Assembly: GCA_043228905.1 (NCBI GenBank)
Contig: JBHGNT010000011.1
Location: 10,664,001-10,728,000 of the forward strand
Direction of reading: 5' to 3'
Source: Azolla caroliniana
Lineage: Eukaryota > Plantae > Polypodiophyta
Length of the DNA: 64,000 bases
The stretch's first letter is position 1, and each line of letters opens with the position of its first letter. A program made the translations under genes and the position numbers. Positions 11,701 through 25,262 of this stretch are shown piece by piece. A model generated the notes under the pieces. The model ran no database searches and had not been told where the DNA came from. It worked only from the letters and a program-made list of their open reading frames with translations.

Positions 11701-14321
11701 TGCCTAATTGTGTTGATCATGTACATGTGAACCCAAAGAGGTTTCTATGATGTGTTTTTTCGATCATTAGAACATTGTATTGCTTTGATGGGAAAGGTAC
11801 CAATCCTTTTTTATAAAAGGTTAGTGCATATGATTAAATGGGTTCTTGTGGTCAATTAAAAAGATTTATTGAAATAACAATGTGCAAATTGGTAATTCTT
11901 GATTATAGTAATACATTTTTTTTAGAATTGTTACAAGAATTGATGCCTCAAATTGGTAAACTTTTGGTTGATCCCCATTTTAATTATTTAAAGAAATGTA
12001 GATTTTGCATGTCATGGGACACAAGTTGCAAGCTTCATAAGGAGAATTTTGCAAGACATTGTTAAAAATGTGGTCAATTGGGGCATTTTATGGTTATCAT
12101 GGCAAACCATACCAAAAAAATATATGTTAGAGAAAAAGATAACGAATATGTTTAGAATAATATTATCTTATCAATGGTTTATACGGTCATGGATGAGGGA
12201 CATGTCATGGGTTAGAGTGAGATTCTTAAGTTCAAGGTCATGGAGGTGTTGGTGAGGATAGTAGAGTACATACTAGTGTAGAACCAAATGTTGTTGAAGA
12301 ACAATAGTGGCATTAAGTGCAATATAATATAAAAGGGAAGGGTGTTGCCAAACAAAGGGACAGAATAAGTACTAATGGTAATGCATTACCAAAAGGTAAT
12401 GGGAGAATGAAGGAGGGGTTTAAGAGAAATTTGTGGCAAAAACAAGTGTGAAATTAGAGATTGTCTAACTAATTAAAGTTTGATTCTTTAGAAGGGTGAT
12501 GCAACTCAATTTAATAAAGGATTTCATACTCATGGGGCTAGACAACAAAATTCTATGATTGATGTAGTACACACAAATCCTTATGCAGTTCTTAAACAAG
12601 TAGTTACTACATTTATGCATACGTTTGCTCGTAAAGAGCAAATTCTTACTAAAGGTGTTCAGTAAGCGTGGTATCATGGAATGTGCGAGGGGCATCTTCT
12701 CCTCATAAGAAATATATATCATATAAAAAATATTTATTAACGAATGGGATATTTTATGTGTAGTTGGCCATAAGTTTCATGATTTAGTAAGATCTCTGAT
12801 ACATTTGCATGGATATATCCACATATTATGCAAGCCAATTATCACATCATTATTTGGGTGTAGCCATGATTATTCATGATTTGTTTTGTCCACATATAGT
12901 GCATATATGATCCATAGTGATCAAAGTCAAAACCTTTCAATGTTTTGATATGATTTGTAAGAACTTATGCACCCAACATTGCTAATCAACGCATCGAGTT
13001 GAGTTTTCTATGTATCCAAGGTTATCAATGGGTCGGACTGGTTTGTTGATGGGTGATTTTAACATGTGATTGCTGAGTTCTTTTGAACAAGTTGTTTGGG
13101 ACAAGCTTGCATTAGAGGTTTTGAAGTTGGATGTATGGAAATGGTTGCATCAAGATAAGTGTGGATTTATATTTTAAGTCTATATAATATACAGAAACAC
13201 AAAGTAGGTTGGACCAAATGTATGTTATACACGATGAGTCCTTTTTGCCAGAGATGCTTAATATGTCAATTGTGCAAGAGGTTGTATCCTCAAGATCATT
13301 TTTCCATAGGTTTCGTGTTTAATAAATATGTTGTATATATGTACAAAACATTGTTTGATAGGGTCCCTTTGAAGTTTAACTCTTATTTATTGTTTCATTC
13401 CTTGTTTGATGCTTGTGTGTGACAAATGTTCTATAGGTTTTCAGAACATGTTAATTCAAGGGGATGGCATGCATGGGATACAATATTTAAAAACATCGAG
13501 ATATTTAAAAACAGACAGGACACCTAGCTAAGGAGTGTCCTTGTAAGATTGGAAAGGGAAGCTCGGGACCACGACCCTCGGGCAAAGTCGGGACAACCAA
13601 GGGTGAAGAAGCTCCTTGGCTACCCGTTAAGAAGAAGGGGAAACTTGGAGGCCTAGGTGCCTCCTCTCCCGCCCTTTTTCATGACCACCCCCTTGAAAGA
13701 AGTCCTGCCACCTTGTCACCAGCAAGCGTGGACGAGCAACCCTTGAAACGAGTAAAGATCCTCTCCGGGAGTGCCAAGGCACCCGACCTACAGGTGAGAG
13801 CTACCAACAGATTTACACTTCTTCAAGGGTTAGGGGATGGCGACCCAGCAGCGCTGGCAGCAATGTTGTCCCCGTGCGACTCCTCACGCCTTCCCCCGCG
13901 GGAGCCCGAACTCGTGTTCTCCACCCCGATGGAGATGCAACCCCAACTTGTACCGTCCACCCCGGAAGAGAAGTTGGCACAGCCCCCCCCTCCCGTTGGA
14001 ACGTGAATGTGGTAGTGGCCTCAGATTAGTGAAATCGTGGATCCGGACGGGCAAGCTCAAGGACAAAGAAAAGGGTAAGATAGGAAGACCAACACCTGGT
14101 TTGGCAACGACTCTGTTAGATAGAAGGGTGCAAGTTGTGCCACCGCTTCGGAGCACAAATGTATCGCGGGATCTATTTGAAGCGGGTCGGGAACGACCGG
14201 CTGAGAATCTTGTAGGGGATTTGCAGCCTGCAGTGGAGACCATACCCCCCGAAACAGGTGTTAGTTTGCCCCATGACATGGGGATCGGCCCGAACATGGG
14301 CGCCAACGTCACCGTTTTCGG

Positions 14322-17300
14322 ATGAGGATCCTAACGTGGAATGTACAGGGCCTTGGTGGAGGCCGACAACACCAAGAGTGTAGAAGACTTCAGGAGGAGT
14401 TGAATCCCCTTAATATAGGGGGCCATATTGACATATTGCTTTTGCAGGAACACCACCTCTCGCAAGAGCGAACTCAGAGCTTAGTAAACCCCTTGTCGGG
14501 TGGGTGGACCACATGGTGGTCGGCTGCGCAGGGTGACCTCCACCGAAGAGGAGGGGTCTGCATCTTGATCAGCGATAAGGCCCGATACGAAGTAACATCA
14601 TCTGGCACGCTGGTGGAGGGTCGGGCCTTATACGTGCTTTTGAAATGGAATCGCCTACAGATTGGGGTGCTAAACATTTATGCCCCTAACTCAGCCCCCG
14701 AGAGAGCAATCTTTTGGAGGATGCTAGCAACAACATTACCTAATGTCGAGGCTTGGGTAATGGCAGGTGATTTCAACATGACTGAACACATGGGAGATAG
14801 GAAAGGAGGGACCTAGAGGCCTATTTATGGTGCGGAGCTGGATTCATGGGCTTTCCTAATTGGCAAAATCGGGGTGAAGGATACATGGGGCTCTTCCCTT
14901 AGGCGAAGCTCACATTCGCTGCACTTTTCTAGAGCCGCCGGGAATGCTAGGGGCGGTAGTCTTGCACGGCTAGACCGCATATACATCAGCTCATCCCTCG
15001 AAGAGCTCGGGGGCTCCTTTGCTATCTTGGCAGGCCTTACCTTTTCAGATCATCAGCCGGTGAGACTAGACCTTAACCCACCCAACGATAGCAAGGGCAG
15101 TCTCAATGTAAAGATCCCCATAAAGATCATGAAGAGTGAAGAGGTGAAGGCCGGTTTACAGAGTATATGGCAGGACACCATGGGCAGTAAATCAGCCAGC
15201 GAAGATCTGCAGAAAAAATTGGCCCTCTCCTCCTCCTTTTTACAACAAGAGACCAAGCGCGCCCTCCAACAGGTTAGAGCCATTGAAACAAAATTAAGGA
15301 AGGCCGTTGCGCTGTTACAGGTAGACCCTGGTTGCAAATGGTCTAGAGCTAAACTAGAGGAAGCAAAGATGAAGGTACATGAAAGGACTTTGGAGAAGAA
15401 CCGAATGTTGTTTCGAAGAAACGCAGCATGGTGGGCTAGAAAAGACGACAAGGCCAACCGACATTTCTTTCACTACAAGGCACCCAAGGGTGGTGGTGGA
15501 CGTATACACGGGCTGCGAAAACCAGACGGCTCAATAACGGAGGACAAGACTGAGGTTCTGGAAATGGCAACACAATACTATCGTGACCTCCTCGCACCTA
15601 TGCATGTGCGGCAAAACTCGGAGTTGGCTGATCGAGTGATGTCTTGCATTCACCCCAAGGTAACCCAAGAGATGGAAGTTGTGCTCGATAGTCCCATTTC
15701 TCGTTTAGAGCTCTCGGAGGCACTTAGGGGATTGCGAAGGGGTGCATGCTCCGGTCCCGATGGTCTCTCACGAGATTTCTTCGAGATTCATTGGGAATGT
15801 GTTATCCCGTCCTTGGAAGCCGGGTTCCAAGAGATTTGGTCCTCAGGAAAGATGCCGATTGGTCTGGCTGAGGGGATGATATATCTCATCCCCAAATCCC
15901 AAGAGCGAAGCCTAGAGTTGCGCCAATGGCGTCCAATCACAATCCTTAACACGGCATACAAGATACTCGCTAAAGTCCTAGCTCAGTGATTAGCAAGCTT
16001 CTTACCGGACATCATACACGACAATCAAACTGGGTTTGTCAAGAACAGGTGTATCTTTGATAATGTGTTGCTTCTTTGGGAAGCTATGGCATTGGCCGGT
16101 CGCTCCGTATCGAGCTCGACTATTCTGATGCTAGACTTCGAGAAGGCCTACGATAGGGTGTTATGGCCCTTTTTGGAAAATGTGATGAGAGCTTTGGGCC
16201 TACCTCAAAAATGGAGGAATTGCACTTCTGCACTCTATCGGACAGCTACGAGTAGCGTGCTGATGGCTGGATCTAGGGGACCCGCCTTCCAACTACAACG
16301 CTCAGTGAGGCAAGGTTGTCCCCTAGCCCCATATCTCTATCTCTTTATAACCGAGGCTTTCTCCGCCTACTTACAAGCACCAACTAGCGGGCTGCGGGGA
16401 TTGCCCATCCCCAATGCGACTGAAGATTTGCTGTTATCTGAATATGCCGACGATACGGTTCTTTTCTTGCAAGGTGATGAGGAGAATTTACAACGGGCTG
16501 AACATCTTGTCGAGGACTTTTGTCAGGCGGCTGGTGCCAAGATCAATTGGAATAAAACCCAAGGTCTATGGTTCAGCGAACAGGAGACACCAAGATGGCA
16601 ACCCCATGCCGATTTTACGTGGGTCCCTAGTGGGACGACTTTCAAGTACCTTGGATTTACGATGGGGAGGTCAATCCCCAAGGGAGCGCAATTGGCCCAC
16701 GTACAAGCCAAAATAAGTAAGAAGCTGAACCAGTGGAGTAGATCAAAATTGTCCTTCGCTGGTAGGGTCCTTGTGGCGAACCAAGTGCTGCTCGCTACCA
16801 TGTGGCACTCAGTCTCATGCTGGATTATGGACCCTGCAGGTTTGCACGCGATTAAGGCTGCCATTAGGGGGTTTATATGGTCAGGTAAGGACAACCCACG
16901 GGCTGCCGCCAGAGTCTCATGGTGTTGGTTAACGCAACCGCGGGTGTTATACATTTTAGGGTTAGGGTTAAGGACGATGATGATTATCAATGACAAAGAT
17001 AGACATGGCGTAATAGCGAAGATAATGGAGAGTATGATGGTAAGAGAGATTGGCATGAAGATGTTGAGAATCGTTGAGAAGCATTGTGGGGTGGGGGGTG
17101 GTGCCTAGAATGGCTCCACCCCCCTCCCAAGGGGGTTCAACGTTGAGGGAGAGAGATAGGAAGAGAGATGACAAGAGAGAGAGAGAGAGATGATTCCCTT
17201 TTCATTCATTCCCCATAAGGGGGTTAAATAGTACAAGAGGGGGTAGATACAAAGGGGTGTAAGCCCCCTAGAGCATTCATACTGGACACTCACTCATACC

Positions 17301-19140
17301 TCCTCGTATCCATCCACATGCACACACGTGTGCATGTGTTCACATATGTATCGACTCACAATTACATTTATGCCCCCTACACATACACAACATTATGATA
17401 ACATTCGACCCTCGCTCATCACACTTGACTCTCCGTACATCTCGTACGAGGTAACAACGGGCCAAAGGGGGGCTTGGCCTCATAGACCCCTTAATGCAGA
17501 GTCGTGCATTGCTGGCTAAAATGGTGGTTCGCTGCCTCCTGCCAGGTAAGGGGTGCTGGAAGGTACTTCTTCGCAACAGGCTGCAAGTAGGGACTCCCAA
17601 GTATGGTAGGCCTTGGCCCGACTCCTTGAATTGGTGCTGCACGAGTGGAGTCCCACCCAGGCTGGCTTGCCATCCGGAGGATAGGGTCACGAACTCCATC
17701 TTGCGGGCATGGTGCCATATACGACAGCATTTGGTCAAGCACACCCCGGAGACATTGACCGAATGGACTAGACAGCCACTATTCTGGAATCCTCATGTGC
17801 AAACGAATGACAACGCGATGCTAGGGCAACTTAAGGGCCTAGCATGGGGAAAGTTGGCACAAACAGGCCTCCTATCTATAGACGATTGGAGACGCATGGC
17901 TGATTCAGGAAGAGCCCAAGAGGACCTTTTCCCTCCCCTCAAGGGAGCTACGAAAATGCGGAGACTGATAGCTGAGGCAGTTGACAGGGTTCTGATGGGG
18001 GAGGCGAGAGAACATGCATGGTTCGGTCTCTTTGACGAGGCTGGAATGGTCAAGTCGCTAAAGGGCATGAGCGGATCGGGGAGTGATACAGTTTTTGGGG
18101 ACAGCCAGAGCAGCGGCTCTTGGCACCCAATCCGAGTGGTGGCACAGATTGATAACATCTGGAAGACAGACCCGGATGTTGCTAAGGTGGAACCCCATTG
18201 GAGGTTAAGGGTATACGGTTGTCGTCCCCTTGTCGATCTGGATTGGGACCCCGGGGATTTCAGATGGAAACATGACGATAGACTCCACCACTTCTTCGGT
18301 TACACCACTAAATTGGGTCGGACTTTGCAACTGCAGCGAGGCGGCCCCCTTCGCAACGGCTAGCGAACATTGGGCATCCCCGATGAGGCGCTCATTGCCT
18401 TTTGGAAGGGTCTTTGGCGTCTCCACATGCATGAAAAGATCAAGCTCTTTTGGTGGCAGATCGGTCATAATGTGGTGCCCGTTGGCGAATGGTTAGATAA
18501 ACGTGGTGGCCCGTTAGGCTGCCCACTGTGCTCTCTACCTATTGAGTCTCTGAGACATTGTTTGTGGGATTGCCCTCAAGCTCAAAAGGTATGGGATAGA
18601 GTGACTCGCCTCCTTGTGGCATGTGACGTTGAAGGAACAGCCTCGTGGAGCGCTGCGGCATGGATTGATCACTCGGTCGAAGGGTGGACGGACGCCGTCA
18701 ATGCGGATAGTTGGTGCTATGTATGCACGAGAGGCAAAATCGTCAAGATCCATTTTGAAAGAGGCTTGCAGCCCGCATCCCCTAGGTTTCCGGAAATCTG
18801 GATGTTGATCGCAGGTTTCACCTTGTGGTATATATGGAAAGCGCGTTGCCTCAAGGTCTTCCAAGGTACGGTACGACCCTCGGAGGAAGTGATCATGGAC
18901 ATATGGTTCGCGCTTATCAGCTGCCTACGAGGGCAACTAGAAGAGGTTTGCAGCCACTCCAACGACGTGACCACTGCCCGTTTGCGCTTTTGGCAGAAAT
19001 GGCGGAACACACCTATGGTGATGCAAGGCGGGAGTGGCCCGAGGTGGAACTACCAGCCCCCACGTTGGTTGTTTCCTATTCACCTGCCACCCTCTCTTCG
19101 GTGTAGGCCCCAAGAGCCGACTCGTACGAGGCCACATTGA
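14322..19140 (+). pseudogene. LINE ORF2 (APE endonuclease, RT, zf-RVT) with in-frame stops and a solo-LTR insertion
   Basis: Motifs ILTWNVQG, LQEHH, YAPN, GDFN, RLDRIY, SDH, WRPITILN, LDFEKAYD, QGCPLAP, YADD, CPLC…HCLWDC. Stops at 14814, 15987 and 18361. Confidence 0.92.
16945..17456. mobile_element. Solo LTR inserted in LINE ORF2
   Basis: TGTTA…TAACA ends and TSD GCGGG/ACGGG. Removing it restores QPRAKGGLGL. Confidence 0.85.
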
Positions 19141-19374
19141 AGGGCATTGCCTTGGATATAGGTAGCTTCTTACATTAAGTTAGGCCGCAAGGCAATGTAA
19201 GTGGCTCATCTTCTTTGGCTTGATCGGAGGAAGTCTCCCCGATGTGTGTATAAATCTCCTTATAGACTCTATGTAATAATCCTTCCTAACTAATGGGAAA
19301 GTAGCTTTACTTTGAAAAAAAAAGAAAAAAAAGAAAAAAAACATCGAGATATTCACTATATGCATGGTTTGACT

Positions 19375-19592
19375 CATAGTATGAACCATACGCACCATAC
19401 GTGCATTCGCATTCGCATAAGAAAAACACCCTCAAAGAAGGATAAATACCATACTTTTGGATTAACTATTTATTATGAGGTAAATAAGCCAAAAAAATGG
19501 AAAATAACAAAAAAAAACATTTTAAAAATGGGAAAAAAACACAAGAATGTTTGAATAACATTCGCATACGAACACGAATTTTACGTACTATG
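19375..19592 (-). mobile_element. hAT-type MITE (218 bp)
   Basis: TIR CATAGTA…TACTATG and an 8-bp TSD GTTTGACT. Subterminal sequences are shared with the copies at 27254 and 41777. Confidence 0.9.
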
Positions 19593-20407
19593 GTTTGACT
19601 AATGCTAAAAGATATGTTTTCACATATTCTTATGCGATGCAATGTATTATTGATGTATAATCCACGTGATGAAGAGATTTTGGATCTTTAAGTTCAATTA
19701 TAGGACATTGTGAAGAAATTGTATTATTAAAGTTAACAGAAGGCAAGACCACGTTAGTTGCTAGAGGGGTTTATGAATAATCAATCTCATATGTTTTTTC
19801 AAGGATTAAGACCATCATATGCTCGTTCAAATGTGGTGCAAATTAAGCTAGGAGATGACATTGTTGTGAACACAATCATGGTTATTGAGGTATATATTTC
19901 TCATTTTAAGGTTTTGATTAGGCTAGAGTTGATTATTAATGAGGATGTGTTGAAAGAAAGACAAGAGTTTAATAATGTAGTTGGATGTATTGTGAATACA
20001 TATATTTGTCAAGAGTTGGATAAATTTAAAGAAGTTGAAGTAGAAAAGGTATTGTTATACCTTTCAAATGGTAAAAGTCTTGGTTGGGATGGTATTGCAA
20101 ATGAAGTCTTTAATAAAATGCTTGTATTCTTAAGAGACCATTCACACAAATGTGTCAACATGTTGGGTTTCTAGTTTCATGCTTGAGAGTTGGAATGTGG
20201 GTATAGTAAAATTGATACCAAAGGTACCATCACTTGAGTCATTTCATCAATGGAGGCCTATGTAATTGATGTGAGGGTTGTACAAAGTGTTTGCAAATAA
20301 ATTATCCAATAAACTTAAGAAATTCTTACCTCACTTTATTCACCCATCTCAATATGGTTTTATTGTGGGCAAAAATATATTAATGTATAGAATGTTCATA
20401 TGCCTAC

Positions 20408-21075
20408 TGTGAAGTCAATTTTTGTTGTAAGAAAAGACCATGGCAAATACATCGAATATTAAGCTCTATAAGAATAAAGCACAATGTGAAAGGCTCAAGA
20501 GTTAAGAGAAGAAGAAAATTGAAGGGATATGAAGTTAGAGGCGTCTTCCAAAAGTAGAAAAAGCAAGAGAAAAGATAGAAGGAAAAAAATGCATAATAAG
20601 GCAGAGAAAGTAGGGCAGAGAAAAAAGCTCATAACTTCTGAAACTCTTATCCAAATTTTAAAAAAAATAAATTATAAGAGAGCTTTCTTTATGATAAATT
20701 TAGAAACATAAAATAGAAATAATGATACGAAAAATGCATCACATAAACTCGAGCATATGTAAAAGAAAAAAAAGAAAGAAAAAAGCAAGAATAACGCAAC
20801 TAGAAACCTATAAATATGAGGGTATTCTTAGTAATAGGGGAGAGGATAGATTATCTGCAAGAAGAAGGGAGAAAGAATAAGAGGGTTATAAGAAGTTTAG
20901 TAGAAGAAAGGGTGAAGAAGGAAAGACTTTTTTGTCTAATATTATATTTAAGTAGTTATTTGGTTTTTGTTATTGTTAGAGTATAAGAGTATTGTATTCT
21001 TTTCTTATTAGTATATTGAAGCCTTCTTGTTTCCTCCTCCTCTCTTCTCTATCATTTTTCTCTATCTCTTCATCA
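20408..21075. mobile_element. Solo LTR (A-rich) inserted in old LINE RT
   Basis: TGTGAAG…CTTCATCA ends, 5-bp TSD CCTAC/CCTAC and an internal TATAAAT. Confidence 0.8.
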
Positions 21076-22882
21076 CCTACTAATTATGCATCCACATCAA
21101 GAAATGATTATGGTTCAATTAGATTTGGAAAAAGCGCATGTTAACTTGCATTTTCTCTCAATATGGGTTTTAGTTCTTGTATGTGTCAACTTATTTTTTT
21201 GCTAAGGCAAAATGCAACATCCTTGTGTGATTGTGTGATGCTTAATGGTGGAATTACTCCCAATGTTTATCTTATTAGATCGGTGTAGCAAGGATGTTCA
21301 TGAAGTCCATTGTTATTTGTTATGGCTACACATCCTCTATTAGTAATGTTATCCAATATTGCAGCTCATGTGATATTGTGGGTTTGCATATTCCTTTAAG
21401 AGGACAATGAGTGGCAGAAGCCTTGGTTAGTGATTCTTTTTTGTTTTTAAAATAAAATTTTGAAAGGAGTATGCAAGTTTGGGATCATTTTCCCTTAGCT
21501 TCAAGGTTGCATATAAATTGGAGGAAGTCTCACCTTATTTCTTGTACAAAGGGTGGCTTGGAATGTTTGGGATGACAAGGGTTAGCGATTACATGAAGGA
21601 TCGATTTATCAACATTTGGGGTATCCATTAGGCATCGATGTTGCAAATGCTCAACTAATTGATTGGATTGATAGTAAATTGAAGGACACCATTATGTATT
21701 GGAAGTCTCAATTATGGCCATTTCATGTATGATTGAAAGTGGTGCAGTGTATCATGTTACAACAAAATGGGATGTGTACCCAATCATCAAAAATAAAAAT
21801 AAAATAAAACATAGACAAAAGAGTTATAGTATTGTACAAAAGGTGTTATGGCGTGACATATTCTATAAAGGAAATGACTATGTCCTAGGCCTAGTTTCAT
21901 TCCCATCTAAGTCTCTTGAAAAGGATCACGAGGTCAAAGGGTTTCGATGTGGGTGTGGCTCGTGGTTCCGATTTAAAAGGTACCTCAACCATAGCTTTTA
22001 GGTGGTGCAACTCACATTCTCGTATCTTCTTAATTGCTTCTACACAATGAGTGACTTTGAGGAGGCCTGACATCTGAGAGTGTTTGGTTGTTATTTATTT
22101 ATTTGCTTCAATGAGGGTGAGGGCGAGTGGTGCAGGTGTGTTGATGCTCATCGTGCCCTCTTGTCCCATGTTGATGAATATTAGAAAGGTTATGGTTAGC
22201 ATTTTGTAGCTTGTTCTCTTTATGTTGTTTTAGCTCTAAGATACATCTACCTAATTTCTTTATATTTCAGGTATCTAATAGTTTGGAGAGGGTGGGAAGG
22301 GTCCTAGCATGTCTTGGTGTTATGCCATTATCACGACGCAAGTTGGACACTTGCATGTAAAGTGATACTCATCGTCTATCTCTATATGGCATAATTTACA
22401 TATCCGTTCCTCTCATGGGACTCCATTAGCACGACTATTCTCAACGTCAAGTTGGTGAGAAGATACTCTAAGTTGTCCAAATGGCAACCCTTAGTGCATT
22501 TGATAAGAACGTATCCACAATATTCTAGCCGTGTAATAAAACTAGACTTAGAGAAGTGCATGAAGTGTTCCTTATATATAGTACAACATTTTAGATCGGA
22601 GTGGCCCTAAAAAATCAGGTTAAGATCCATTATGTGGAGCGTAAAAATTGCCACATTTCTTCTTGGCGTTAGTATTTACTTTGATTAGAGTACCTCATGA
22701 GAGATTAAAGTTTAATCGGTCTCCTTCCCTTCTCCTTCTCCTTCTCAAAAAAAAAGTGTGTGGAACTAACTATGTACACTAACTTCTAAGTAGTCGGGGA
22801 GAGATTACACAGAAGAAGAAGAAGAAGAAGACACAGAGAGTTACATAATAAACAGAGAGCCAAAGGAGGCAGGCAGGCAGCG

Positions 22883-25225
22883 ATGGCCTACCTTCTCACC
22901 TTCTCCCTGTCGCTTCTCTTCTTCCACACCTCCGAGTTCTTTCTCGCTCTCCTCTTCCATGGACCCAGCAAGGTCTCCACCAGATGTGAGTATTCTTCTC
23001 CCTCCATTCCTCTATTCGTCTCTCTCCTCCTTCTCTCCTTCTCAATTCTGTTCCTTTTTCTACAATATTTCTTTTCCCTTTTGATTTCTTTTCTCTCCTT
23101 ACACCTCGTTTCGTTTTTGTAACATTTTGTGACCTCTTTCTTCACCTCTTGCTTTCTATATCTCCCATTTACCTTGATTACTTATTCTATACTTCTGTTT
23201 TGTTTGGTACACAGAGAAAACATGTATCCCCCCAAATACATCCCTTATTTGAATTTGTGGAGTGTAAATGCTTTCTGTTTGTATAGTTTGGAGATCGTTT
23301 CATAAAGATCTCTTGCTCCCATTTTCTCAAAAGAAACATTGTATTTATTTATTTCTTGAATTCATTGTTTGTTGAGTTATTGTCATGGTTTTGTCTTCTT
23401 TCCATTTGTATCTTCTTCTTCTTCTTCTTCTTCTTCAAGGATTATACCTTTGATAAGTCCAATGACGTATTCTTTTCATCTGTGTAGCTAGTTTTTATAT
23501 CAAAACTCTATGGGAGTTATTAGACAAAAACCATCTGCAAAACATCTAAAAATATAATTGTTTTGAGATATCCGCTACCTATTGGTCCGTTTTACACCAA
23601 CGTCAATGAGAGTTATCAGGACTACATCACTTCCAATGTAGGTAGGTCAAGATTGTCGCAACTTGCAAAACATCACAAACAGTATTCTTTTGTGTCAGTC
23701 TACTGATTGTTGTTTTTGTATCGTAAAGACCAATCTTCCTTCTTTCCACTTATCACATGTTTGAATTTCAGGGAGACATTTATTAGACTCATGTCAAGTT
23801 TTAGGGATAACCCTTTATATTCTCCTTTTCATGATTTATTTGATCGTAGTGGCCGTGTACATGTAGACATTGTCTATGTTTTCTTTTAATGTGCATTATT
23901 TGTGTTACACAATAGATGATATAAAGACCAGTGCACTTCTTTTATGTTTTCGTAATACTCTTATGTTTTCAAATAATAAATTGATACATGAGTGTATGTT
24001 TTTGTTAGAATAGATCTCAAAGAACTCCAAACTATCTGATCTCGTACTTGGTTAATAATAGCAAGTTTGGAACTCTTCATTGTTACACCTTGATTATGGG
24101 TTTTCATCCTATCCGGGCTTCTTGCAACATGATATAAAAGATATTATAGAAATAGATCATGTTCTAGTTTTATATTTGAAATCATCATTTGATGAGAAGG
24201 TTAAATAATCATACAAAACAGAATGAATAGAAAAGACAAGATATAGATAAGCTGGAAACTCCTGACAAGAGAATAATGTAGTGGTTAAGAGCACAAGACT
24301 GATAACAACAGCCAAGAAAGCTCTCAGCTACAAATGGCCAATAAGATGGAACATAGGATTGAGAATGAATAGTGGCTGAAGGAGAAGACTACTCACAGGA
24401 TTTTAGATTAATGGAGAAGGATGTGATTTGGATCCTTTTATAGCGCCACAACAAACTGATTTGGCCGGAAAACTAGATGAGGATTTGTAGAAAAAGATGG
24501 GAGGGGAATTTTATGTCACAACTTGAAATCTCTTGGAATATGCAAAATATTTGAATGGCGATGATTTTGTAGAGGGTTACACACTAACTATTATCTTTGC
24601 TGAAGTTGGATAATTTGAATGAATGTAATCTCAAACTAGAATAACAGATATCATTTACATCATCTCTTATCTCCTGATTTGCAAGTTTAATTTTTGTATA
24701 TTTGGTGATCATAAAGAAAAGGGAAATTTTATGAAATACTTTGAGTTTTGTTTATTTCCACAAATGCCCTTAATTAATTGCCCAAAATAACAGAAAGGAA
24801 TGAAATCATCCTATAATTTCTCAAACAGCACATTCGATTGAGGAAATGGTGTTGAAGTGACAACATTATTGCTCAAGATGGGGCTGACCGAGGACATTCA
24901 GGGAATGAATGGAACACTTGGGGATATGTGGAGAAATAAAAAAATTTCTGGGTATTTCTGATTGTTTTCTTTCTTCTCCTTCAAGAGATCGGGCAATAGC
25001 AATTCGTCGTGCATGTAGGGCTTGGCCCCATGGATCACGATCTCACCACCCTTGTCATCGACAGATAAAGGCCATTATCTCCCGCCATCGCAGGTGTTTC
25101 CCTTGCTTTGGAGACCTCTCCATTCTAGATTGACCAATGCTAGAGATCTTTTGAAGACAAAAGTTACAATATATCTAGCTTGAGAATCTTACATTTTGGC
25201 ATCCTAAAAGACATTAATATATCTT

Positions 25226-25262
<37 letters not shown>

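Larger units (their letters stand above)
13506..19336 (+). mobile_element. 5'-truncated L1/Tx1-like LINE, relatively young
   Basis: Poly(A) tail at about 19315-19341. TSD AAAAACATCGAGATATT (17 bp) at 13489-13505 and 19337-19353. Contains the ORF1 tail and ORF2. Confidence 0.93.
11800..22300 (+). mobile_element. Old degraded L1-type LINE hosting three later insertions
   Basis: EN remnants TYAPNIANQR (~12965) and GDFNM (~13052). RT remnants SLGWDGIANEVF, WRP and HPSQYGF (20050-20380), plus further RT remnants at about 21120-21750. Boundaries are approximate. Confidence 0.6.
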
